DNA of 64,000 bases from Callorhinchus milii (Eukaryota): contig NW_024704742.1 in NCBI RefSeq assembly GCF_018977255.1, positions 10,666,001-10,730,000 of the forward strand, written 5' to 3'. A model generated the notes under the pieces. The model made no database searches and was not told the DNA's origin. It saw only the letters and a list, made by a program, of their open reading frames with translations. Position numbers and translations under genes: made by a program. Below are positions 12,889-23,569 of this stretch, one piece after another (position 1 is the first letter of the stretch; every line of letters begins with the position of its first letter).

Positions 12889-12946
12889 AAAATGAATGTC
12901 AAGCAGGAATAATGTCTAGCCAGTATTCCAGCTTGACATTTTTTTT
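12889..12946. other. Near-perfect hairpin
   Basis: aatgtcaagc-a-ggaata-a-tg-[tctagc]-ca-g-tattcc-a-gcttgacatt. Confidence 0.75.
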
Positions 12947-13124
12947 TCAACTCGTGCACTGCATGTGCAAATTGGCAAAAGAAATCCCCTCTGCAAATCC
13001 TTGAAGTGTATGCATGTTTCCGTCACCTTGTTTGTTTATGCAGCCCCAGTCTCCACCCACTTTCCTTCCTCTTTCTGTCGAAGTGGTTCCATGGATGCTG
13101 AAAGCTCTCTTGTATTTCACTCAA

Positions 13125-13755
13125 TCATAGCAATTCGTAGGGCAGAAGGAGACCATTCAGCTCACGCAGTCTGCAGTAGCTTTTAGAGGAAGATGTCCAA
13201 TCAATTCTACTGCCCCACCTTATCTCCATACCCTCTCTATCTTTCATATACTTGTCTACTTCCCTCTTGAAACTCACAATGGACTCTGTCTCTACCATCT
13301 TATTTGGCAGGGCATTCCACATCCCAACAACTCTCTCGGAACATGGGAACACAGGAACAGGAGTAGGCCATTCAGCCCCTTGAGTGGATAAAGGGAATAA
13401 GGGATATGGGGATAAGGCGGGTAGGTGGAGTTAGAATAGATCAGCCATGATCTTGTTGAATGGCGGGGCAGGCTCGACGGGCCGAATGGCCTACTCCTGC
13501 TCCTAATTCTTATGTTCAAGCCTGTTTAAGCGCTCCGAGACTCCATCCGGCACGAATGGCACTATATAAATGCAACTTGTTGTTGTTATTCCCCCATTCT
13601 ATTAGATCATGATTGAATTGCACCTCAACTTCATTTACCCGCCTTTGCTCAATATCCCTTGATACCCTTCCCTAACAAAAATCTATCCACCTCAGTCTTG
13701 AAAATTTGAATTGATCCAGCATCCACAGCCTTTTTGGGGAGAAAGTTCCAGACTG
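13125..13755 (-). mobile_element. Two CR1 3' fragments; the second carries a nested CR1 tail (+, 13386-13517) and L2 tail (+, ~13528-13588)
   Basis: Antisense ERVVGMWNALP..VE..SI.SFKREVD motif; CR1 terminal motif ggcctactcctgctcct present in both orientations. Confidence 0.85.
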
Positions 13756-13814
13756 CCTCTACCTACCTCTAAACTGGATATGTTCAATGGATGGAACTTT
13801 GTGGAGTCCTTTGT

Positions 13815-14124
13815 GGAGTCCTGTAGCTCAGCGGTTAGAGCACTCGCCTTGCAAGTGAGAGACCTCAGTTCAATTCCAGTCAGGGCGAAACCTTAGGCAA
13901 GTTTCCTTACTCCACACGCCTAATAATAATCCCTCCAAAACAAAACAATAATAAATTGGTCATTTTCAATCCACGACTCTTTGTGGGACATTGCTGTGTG
14001 CAATTGGCTTCCGGGTTTCGCCCACAAATATACAGTCAATTCACTTTACAGTATATTCTGTGAAGCGCTTTGAGACGTCTGGAAGATGTGAAAAACGCTA
14101 TATCAAATGCAAGGATTATTATTA
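13815..14124 (+). mobile_element. SINE family A, short subfamily
   Basis: Full tRNA head, lacks the internal ctgtttacctagcag...ccagggg segment, (ATT)n tail; 12-bp duplication tttgtggagtcc at the 5' junction. Confidence 0.9.
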
Positions 14125-15814
14125 CCTTGAGTGAAAACATTTCACCTAAACTCTCCTTTCGCTCTTCTTGGGACTATCTTACAATCTGCCCAAGTGGATG
14201 AACACTTGTGCTTGTGGTGTGTTTACGTGTAGAGTCTGATGGAGAGGGAGGAAGAGGCAAAACCCTCTCGTTCAGAGCACTGATCCTGGCAGGAAGATTC
14301 CTGCTAATACTTCTCTGAATTCCTCTGCAGATATTTTTGACAAGAAGGTGCTACCCCCCCAGTTTTTCTTCAAGTTTCATCATCTCATTTGTATGCTTTT
14401 CTCCTGATTGTGTTCCTTATGCTAATGCTTCACTTCTCAGTCATTTTGAAAGAAGCACCAATAGCTTCAGATTCTTCTACATTCTGTTCAGAAATGAGCT
14501 CCCTACTCCACCAGTATTCTGACCAGTTTTCCTATCAGTATTCTATTACACACAGACTATGCTGCACCTAAGACTGTATTGGTGAACTGGAGCACATATA
14601 ATGGAATACAACATTGTGATTTTAGATGCTCACTACAATGACCCAGTTTTCTTTTTCTTGGCGGCTCTATATTTTGGGTCAGTACATTTGAGTCAGTCAT
14701 TCAATCTCAACTTCTGCCTATTCTGTTTAAATGCTTTGAAATGTGAATATTTAAATATTTAGTATCCCCTCTGCTTAGGAGATTTCGTTTTTGTGCATTG
14801 AGTAGATGGAGAACAAATGCATAGAAGTGCCTAAAAGCAAAAGTAATGTTGAGTTTGTGTTCTGTGCAAACTGGATGGTTAATTCCTATGATAATATCTT
14901 ACAATGCCCATTGACTACAGATGTGTACAATACAGGATTCTGAACGCTGCATGACTCGTTTTGAAATTTAGTATTATGTTCCAGACTCTGTGCCACTCGC
15001 ATCTTGAGTATGTTCCTTTTAACTCTCCTCCAAGTAGGTTTTGAAGCCGACGGTCTGCACACACTCTGAATTTAAAAATAAATAAATTGTTCTCTTTTTT
15101 AAAATGTAACAACAACAACTTGCATTTATATAGTGCTCCCTTCACGCCGGACGGCATCTTGGAGCACTTAACAGGAGAGAAGCCCAATGCCTAGCCAGGG
15201 GAGGGGGGAAGGTGAATGTAGGCACAGTCGAAGAGGAAAATCTTCCTCTATATAATGTACAGTATGTGAAACAGTATATAATGTTCAGTATATAAAACCA
15301 AGTTTTATGTGGCAACAGGGCACTGAACCAGTAACGGTGGGAGTCATTTTAACATGCTGTAAGTCACAGGACGCTGGAAGCTCTAGTACTTTGCAATGAT
15401 ACCTTGACCAAATGAAAGAATATCAGCCACGTGCCATTGACGTCTTCCAGTCTCAGTGCTAGTTAACATGATGCCGATGTTCTGAGGAGGATGTCTGATG
15501 CCCAACAGCATGAAGTCTTTGGAGTCTCCACTTGTGAGGCCAACAATCATATGATACTCAAAAAGTGTACAGTGCACATAATTCAGCTGCCACTGACTCT
15601 GTGTGCATAATTTAGTAGCTGAAAGAAGATCACAAAAAAGTAGAAAGAGAATGAACAGAAACACAAAGGAAAGGATCCAGACAAACAGGAAAAGAACAAA
15701 GAATCAGACACAGTGAATTTATTACAGGAAAGTACACAATGGTAAGTTCCTAGCCAACAATCCCCCTCAAAATAAAATTGGTCATTCACTTCATGGCTGC
15801 TTGAAGTTCAATGA

Positions 15815-16000
15815 ACTTCCCAACTCCTCCCTCCACAAGCTGCAGATCATCCACTCTGCAACTCATGTCCTCTCCCACACCAGGCTCCGACAGCATGTCA
15901 CCCCCATCCTTGCTCGGCTCCACGGGTTCCCCAATCCATAGGGGATTGAGTTCAGGTCTTGCCCCAACCTACCTGTGCAACTTTCTTAAACCCTACTAAC
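15815..16000 (+). mobile_element. L2 internal C-terminal fragment
   Basis: ctccacaagctgcagatcatc...cttgctcggctccac (LHKLQII...LARLH). Confidence 0.75.
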
Positions 16001-16305
16001 AGAGTGTGCGTTGGGGTACTGTTGGAGTCTAACCAGCTAAAACATCATGCATTGAAAGCAGTGTCTGGCAAAAGTTTCCACTACTTGTCCAGCTAGGACT
16101 TCCCTAGCCATTAGGGCTTTAGCTTCCTGGGGTAACAGGAGCTCAGTGGGAGGATTCCCTATCCCCAGTAACTGGCCTGTCCCTCCATGTCCTGTCACTA
16201 GTAATGCCCTAGAGTACAGTGGACCTACGTGGCTCAGGAACCTGTCTACCAAGAGCACCACAGGGAGTTGATTCTGAGCATGCCACATGAGAACCAATTT
16301 AGCCT
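16000..16305. repeat. Unclassified repeat family U
   Basis: gtctggcaaaagtttcc...cttgtccagctaggac...ttagggctttagc...ggctcaggaacc matches 29440-29690, 53400-53500 and the reverse complement of 40290-40560. Confidence 0.8.
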
Positions 16306-16699
16306 CAAGGAGCCCCGCTTATCTGTCAGCGCTACAGAGACACACACATGCCCAAATGCATGAGCAATGTGATTGATCACCCTCTACACACACACTATGG
16401 TTTGTTGAATGAAAAAGGCTGATTGTGACTGAACAATGGTAAAAGATTTGCTTTTTAAGAAATAAAATATATTGTTAAAGCTGCAGTCCTGTTATGGCCA
16501 GCACTGAGATAAGTCAATGTGAAACAGCCTAGAAGTGTGGTATACATAAAACCCTATCTATCCAGATTTGGCCGTGCCCAAAGATGGATCCAAACAGGCG
16601 CCATCCTGACAATTCATAACAGACCAAACCAGAGATTAACAGGGCGATCATGGTTGAGCTCACCCCTCAATCATCTTGTGCGGGACTGAGATGATACAC

Positions 16700-17010
16700 A
16701 GGAAGGAATCTGCATGGGGACAAAGGAACAGAACAAGGAACCAGCAACTCAAGCTCACTTTGGAGTGAACAACCATCACAGAAAGGTTATTGACAGGTTA
16801 CATATCAACGAGAGCTGAGAATGAAATGAGTGCGAAAAGACATCCGAGCCAAGATCAACGCAGCCAGAGCAGACAAGCAAAGTGCAACAGCTATTTGGTA
16901 GCAAAAGGGATGGGTTAAAATGAGACACTTGGGAGGACCACTACCTATCTGAAAACAAAACAAAAGTCTTCAGTGGCTTCTGGTGCTTTGCACAACATCT
17001 GGACCTAATC
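16700..17010 (+). mobile_element. Degraded RTE-clade LINE ORF fragment
   Basis: Frame KDIRAKINAARADKQSATAIW* then LSENKTKVF and IWT, resembling RTE-type DIKARIGKA...IW...KTK..F...ETWT. Confidence 0.45.
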
Positions 17011-17484
17011 AAAGGAAATAATTATACCCTTGATTGGCAATGCAGCACTGGATGGTCTCAGGGGCCAGGCTAAGGGCACACAAATACATCTTTAATAGCA
17101 TTGTGTGAGAATATGTGGCCAAACGCGAAGGCCCCCAAACCATAAAATAATAATTTTGTTTTGCAAATTGTTTTAAAAACAACAGAGCCAGGCCCTGTGG
17201 TGATGTTCATTATTTATTGCCATTACCTTAGGAAGAATATTTGTGGTCCACATTGTCGGGTTCCTTTGTAATCAAAATATCCAAATAGTCTTAGATCCCT
17301 GTTGTTGTGCACCTATTCTTACTATTTGTACAACTGCAAGTATCAGTAATAAATGACCAAGTTAAAAAGAAGCAGGGTTCCCAGACTCCATGCCAAGCGA
17401 TTAGATGATTTGAGAAAGCAAAATTAATTTTTTTTGTTAATTCAAGTGGTTTCACTGAAAAACACTGTATAAATGTAATTTGTT

Positions 17485-17760
17485 GCCTCTGTTTACCTAG
17501 CCTTAAGCAGGAACCCAGTTGTTAGTTGATTGGTAGATCACTTTTCCAGGGGTAATAATCCCTTCAAACACATTTTTTAAATAAAATAATAATAATTTGG
17601 TCACTTAATTCATAACTGTTTGTGGGACACTGCTGTGCATAATTGGCTGCCACGTTTTGCCCACAATATATACAGTCAATTCACTTTACAGTATATTCTG
17701 TGAAGCTCATTGGAGCTTTTGCCTGAAGTGAAAGGCGCCATATCAAGTGTAAAGATTTTA
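17485..17760 (+). mobile_element. SINE A, 5'-truncated long form
   Basis: gcctctgtttacctag through to the tail. Confidence 0.85.
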
Positions 17761-18959
17761 TTAAAAGAGCAATATCATGTGCTTTTACACGATTTTGATA
17801 GTGCACTATGTCAAGTGCAATGATTAATATTATTATAATATTTGGATTTTAGGCAAGTAAGAGAGGAACATTCAGAGAATGCATGATGGTAGTGATAAAA
17901 CAAAGACAAGAAATGCTTAACTTATGTATAACAGTTGAATACACATGACCTTGTCAACCAATTATTTGTCAATTATGTTTAAGATAATTATAGATTATTG
18001 GGAATTATGACAAACAAGGTGCATTAAATACTTGTAATGTTATATTAATGTAGGTGGCAATGCTTTGATGTTCAGAGACTTTGCATGCTTGAGTTTGAGA
18101 GCACCAAATGTTTGTGACTCACTGCATCAACAGCACACACCTAGATCTGCTTACCAATAGATATTGATCAGCTGGTGGGGAGGTGGAAGAGAAGAAAGGG
18201 TTTTGTGACTTGTGCTAGTGAGATAAGGCACTCTCACATGGTGACATTTTGAGTTGAGCACAGCACTGCACTAATGCAGTATTGAGCCACGGACTTAGCT
18301 GTTGTCCCTAGAGACAGAACAGCTGACTGAGTAGAGTACAGCTGCACTGCCCTAGCCAGTTAACGCTTTACTGACAGGGCACTCGTACACATTTTGTCTC
18401 ATTTCCCAGTGCACTGCTAGCTTTCCTTACCTTTTATCCTCTGCCCATCAAATCCATGAAACTCCGTGGATACGGTTAGACTTTTGCTTTATGGAGTCAT
18501 AGCTCACTGTATTCCCAGCAGTGTCGCACCATGACTGACAGTCACAGCATCAGGTACTCGCTGTGAATGTTAATTACAGAGTTGAATTACTCTCCCCTTA
18601 CTGCTTCATCCTGTTGCTGCTGAAGCCGGTGTCTCTATAATTGTAAGCTTTAAATCATTTGCAGCACTTTATTATTAATAATAATACTTGCTTTTGATGT
18701 AGCACCTTATCACATTGTTGAGACGTCTCAAAGTGCTTCACAGAATATACTGTGAATTAATTGTATATATTTTTCAAGAAAGAATACAATTCAACATCAT
18801 GAAGAACTCATAATAATTTAAAGGCAACATTCATTGATGAGGCATAAGAAAATTAAGCTTTATACCATAATAGCAATTGTCCCAGCCTCACATCAGTATA
18901 AACGAGGCTTATAAACATAGCGGGTTATTCATTACTGCTTCAGTGAACCACTGATAAGC

Positions 18960-19900
18960 TCTCCCCATGGATCAGGGGAACATTCTCGGCCTAATGTGGA
19001 ACTGAAGCTTACAAATGAGCCAGGTCCCAGTTTCAACTTTTATGAACGTGTTGATCTCAGGACTCAATAGTTAACTGGAGCTTTCCTGGGCTGGGGTCAG
19101 GGAGAAATAATCAGCCCGAGGGGTGGGTGAAAGGAAATTAGTGTGAGGGGAAAATAAAGGGGGGGGGGAGAAGATTAATTGTGAAGATGAATAGGGCAAG
19201 TGGGAGAAAATCAAGCGAAGGTAGTTGGTAAATCAGGCAGGGAGGGGTTTGCAAATCAAGTGGGGTTTGTCAGGCAGGGTTCCTGCTCCTGATCAGCAAG
19301 CCCTTTGGAAAGTAATAATAATCCTTGTCTCATTTGATATAGTGCCTTATCACGTCTTTGAGATGTCTCAAAGCGCTTCATAGAATATACTTTAAAGTGA
19401 ATTAACTGTATGTTTTTTTTTGAAGGGACTATTACCCCTGAATTTGATTTTATATTTTGTGGGGGAAACGCGGAGGCCAATTGCGCACAGCAGTGTCCCA
19501 CAATCAGTCGTGATTTGAAGTGATCACATTTTTTTAAAAAGGAATTATTACACCTGGAAAAGTGATCTGCCAATTGACTAACAACTGGGTTCCTACTTAC
19601 TGCTAGGTAAACAGAGGCGTGTGGAATAAGGAAACTTGCCCAACGTTTTGCCCTGTCGGGAATCGAGCACAGTTCTCTCGCTTGTGAGGCGAGTGCTCTA
19701 ACCACTGAGCCACACTTTGTGTATGTGTGTGTGTGTGGACATTGAGTGAAGAAAGGCTTTGATGCGCCACTTTGCCTGCCAGCACTCACTATTTTGATTC
19801 ATGCATGAAGAATGGCTGGCCACTTGGATGAAGTACTCCCCATAAAACTGCTGCCCAAGCAAAAGTTAGTGCCTTCAGGGCAGAAGGGGAGAAAATAAAA
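18960..19900 (+). mobile_element. LF-SINE-like element, near full length, interrupted by a purine-rich tract and a SINE A
   Basis: Ordered motifs tgtggaactga...ggtcccagtttc...gatctcag...aatcagcc...gggttcctgctcctgatc...tggaaag...gtgtggacat...gcctgcc.gcactcact...catgaagaatgg...ccacttgg...gccttcagg...ggggagaaaa match the recalled LF-SINE consensus. Confidence 0.75.
19313..19714 (-). mobile_element. SINE A long form inserted in the LF-SINE-like element
   Basis: Complete reverse copy flanked on both sides by contiguous LF-SINE-like sequence. Confidence 0.9.
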
Positions 19901-20074
19901 GGAAAGGGATTGCACTATAAATCATTTGTTGTAATTGTGATTGATTCTGAACTTCGGATTCTGACTAGAACATCTTAAATCTGATTTTTTTCCCCTTCGT
20001 GTTGTGGTTGAAATATAATCGTAATTGAAAATAATGATGTTGAATACCAGGGGAGGTGCAATAACAGTACCTAT

Positions 20075-20090
20075 CCATCAGAGGGCAGCA
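20075..20090 (+). promoter_or_regulatory. CTCF-like motif
   Basis: ccatcagagggcagca closely resembles the CTCF core CCASYAGRKGGCRS with one mismatch; motif match only. Confidence 0.4.
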
Positions 20091-20236
20091 TCAACAGTGA
20101 GTGATAATTCGCTCTTTAAACCAGCAACACTGAAGCTCTGAGCTAAAGCCAACTTAGGCTTTTTAAAAAAAATATAAAATCAGTTTCTAGCTGTGCCATA
20201 CATCTTCTCAATGCAATAATTTACTCTTAAAAACAG

Positions 20237-20865
20237 GCTTAGTGGTTAGAGCACTCATCTCGCAAACGAGAGGACTTTGGTTTGATTCCCAGGCAAGGAG
20301 AAACGTTAGGCAAGTTTCCTTACTCCACACGCCTCTGTTTACCTAGCAGTAAGTCAGAACCTGGATGTCAGTTGACTGGCGGATCACTTTTCTAGGAGTG
20401 ATAATTCCTTAAATAAAAATAAATAATAATAATTTGATCATTAAATACATGACTGTTTGTCAAACATTGCTTGGGTGCAATTGGCTGTCACTTTTCACTC
20501 ACAAAATATACAGTAAATTCACTTAACAGTATATTCTACAAGACATCTTGAAGACATGATAAAGCACTGTATCAAATGGAAGGATTATTATTAATGTAGG
20601 TATTTGTTAAAATTTTGTTGTGAAAAATATAATAATCCTATAATCCTTGCATTTGATATAGCGCCTGATCACTTCTTCGAGATGTCTCAAAGCACTTCAC
20701 AGAATATACTGTAAAGTGAATTGACTGTATATTTTGTAGGAGAAACGAGGCAGCCAATTGCACACAGCAACGTCCCACAAACAGGCGTGAGTTATTACCC
20801 CCAGAGAAGCGATCCGCCAAATGACTAACAAATGGGTTCCTACTTACTAACAGGTAAACAGAGGA
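20237..20865. mobile_element. Tail-to-tail SINE A pair (+ 20237-20593; - 20628-20865)
   Basis: Two family copies in opposite orientation about 35 bp apart. Confidence 0.85.
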
Positions 20866-21344
20866 AATAAATTCAACTCTTCTTTCCAAAACTAATTTTA
20901 GCTTAATTCATTTAACGTTAATTTAATTCCCTTCCCAAAACCAATTTTACTTTTCTCTTTTACTCCCTCTGCAATCCTTTGTTTTCTAGGTTTGCTTGCA
21001 AATCAGGTTAGCTGAGGAACACTATTGGATTGTGCAGGTTCAACCCCCCCACTTTGGTTTAGAGTGCATTTATAACCAGGTTTGTTTTGTGTTAAATATC
21101 GTCTGAATAAAGTGGGACACGATGTGTAACACTTCCTCTGAGAAACACTATATGAATCAAAGAAATGTATAGCAAAGCTCCCTCCTCTTCCATTCCAACA
21201 AGGATTCCCACAAACTCACCAACACCTTGTTTTCATTTCCATTGAGCATTTAAAGGGTCTAGTTAAGACAGAATATGAATCAGAATACTCATTCCAAGCT
21301 CATTTTTCTCAATGATTTTTTTTTAAAAAGAAGGTTGAATTTGA

Positions 21345-21705
21345 TTCCTCGATAGCTCAATTAGTAAAACCTCTGCCCAGTGTCTCCTTGTTTAGCAACT
21401 GAGGCACAATAATTTATCTCAATACCCTTGGTACAATGCATGGTCCTCATTCCTGCTATCCGTTAAGCCCCTGCTGGTGAATGTGGACATCAACTGAGAG
21501 TAGGATTGGGTTTGGTAGTGATCCCCTCCTTGTTACACAGCATGTTTGACTCTCACTAACTGAACTCAAATATGGAAAATGGCATCTATTTATATGGAAT
21601 AAACATATGGAAAATGTAACTTTTGGCCAGAGTATCAGAGAGCAGCCAGGTCATGTCCAGTAGAACCAACGGGAGAGGAAACGGGGAGACTATTGGTAGG
21701 GAAAA
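21345..21705 (+). mobile_element. Degraded LF-SINE-like copy
   Basis: ctcgatagctcaattagtaaa head; gctatcc...cccctgctgg...tgtggacatc...aggattggg...gtgatcccctcc. Confidence 0.6.
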
Positions 21706-22319
21706 ATAATATAGCTGCTGATGATTATTTGCACATACACACAAACAGATAAACTGGATCTACTTCCAGAGCAGAGTTTCTATTAGTGCATGATAAAGGA
21801 ATTGTGTTAAGAAGTACCAAAAAATTAGACCCCGTTGAAAATGTTGTGGGAGGTGAGTTTACTAGATTCATTTGTTTCTTGAAGGCCAATAATTCAGAAG
21901 ATTAACTTTTGTTTCTGCTCTAGTTCAGGCATTTTGGAGGGAGGGATGTTCCTTCAGTCTAAATCATTCCGAAGTAAGTACACACTGGGACAACTGGATT
22001 GAGAATTGAGAATAACAATGTCAAAAATAGACATAAAACACAATAAAAAAACAGTAGGAATCTACTTCTTCAAAGCAATTCAGTGCAGTGACAGCAGACA
22101 AAATAAACTTTTTTTTTTTAACTTCAAAGGAGTTGGGATATTGAAACCTGCATTCCCTTTGGGCTTTTTTGTAGCCGACATGGTGTTGATTCCTTCTAGA
22201 TGAACAAGACTGAACAAAAGAGGCTAAACAAGGCAAAGTCTCAGTATCGGCATCACCTCCAGATCAGAATCTAAAATCTAAAAAAAAACATTTGTACATT
22301 TTGAATTATCTTATACTGA

Positions 22320-22780
22320 ATCCCTATCCCATTGCGTATGGGGGAATGCAGTTTACCTCCCTACCTCTGTGACCTGCTAACTCCATATCGACCTGAGCTT
22401 TGCTCCTTCCCTTGCCTCATTCAAGGCACGTCTCAAGACCCTCCTCTCGACCGCACCTTTGGTCACAGTCCTATACCTCCAAACCACCTAAGCTTGGGTC
22501 CTAATCCCTGACTGTCCAGCACCTTGGGACATCTCCTGATGTGAAAGAGGCTATGCAAATGTAATTTATTGTTGTTGTTCAGGTAGACGATGAAGATCCT
22601 TTGGTACTGTTCGCTAAAAGAAAGGAGTGTCTTACCAACAATCCAATCCAGATGTGCCTGATACTCACTTCATTGCTGTTTGTAGGACACAGTAGTGTGC
22701 TAATTAGTTGTCATGCTCACTTTACGGTAAATTTAGATGTTGTGGAAAGGCACTTTATCAAATATAAGGATTATTATTTT
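22320..22780 (+). mobile_element. L2 3' fragment followed by a Deu-SINE fragment
   Basis: ttcaaggcacgtctcaagaccctcc and (TTG)n tail; then gaagatcctttggtact Deu-like motif. Confidence 0.7.
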
Positions 22781-23569
22781 TATTAATGTTTCAGAAACAA
22801 ACAGAATGGTAGTGTTGACACCAGCAAAGGTTCCAGAGTAACTGTTACTATTGCTAAGTGCCTCGAGATGTTACCTCCTGTGAAGGTGCCTATTATAAGC
22901 TGTATAAATGCAAGAATTTGTTGCTACCTGATAGATCCAATCCAGCAGTCTTGTGACATCAACAAATAGACGGAAGTTGAAAATAAATCCAAACTTTTTT
23001 TTTCTATAATTTTGATTGACGAAAGAAGAAGACAAAGGCTAGCAGACCAAAACTATGCATTAAGATATCCAATCTGAAAAAATCCAGAGAATTGACCAGT
23101 ATGGAGAAGATTTACCTGGCCCATGAGCTCCAAATAAAGAATGAAGCAAACTCCTGTCTTCAACTGAAACATGAATAAAAAAATGCTAACATATAATGGC
23201 TGCAACTGGGATAAAGAATTCAAGATGAAAAATATACTTTTAAAGTCTTCTGCTGGATCAGACCAGTCTTTGTAGCTGTGGCACTTTCAGAGCAATCTAA
23301 GCGCTCCGAGACGCCGTCCAGGGTGGAGGGCGCTATAAAAATCCAAGTTGATGTTGTTGTAAGCGAATAAAGTACTTATCCTATGGTAACTATACCCAGA
23401 TCCAAAATTCTGCAGAGACATGGTACTTCTCTGGATGACTATTCTATAGTTTATTTGTTAAACACAACAAAGATTTCCTCCTATTCACTCTTATGAAGCA
23501 GGTCTATTCACAAGATATTTTTCACCCTGAACTATGTGGATTTAGACCACGAGCCAACAACCAGGTAAA

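Noticed and set aside
14178..14350. Possible minus-strand exon (HLLVKNICRG...HPLGQI followed by gtaaga)
   Set aside because: The acceptor lacks a pyrimidine tract (gggggggtag) and the peptide is unrecognised
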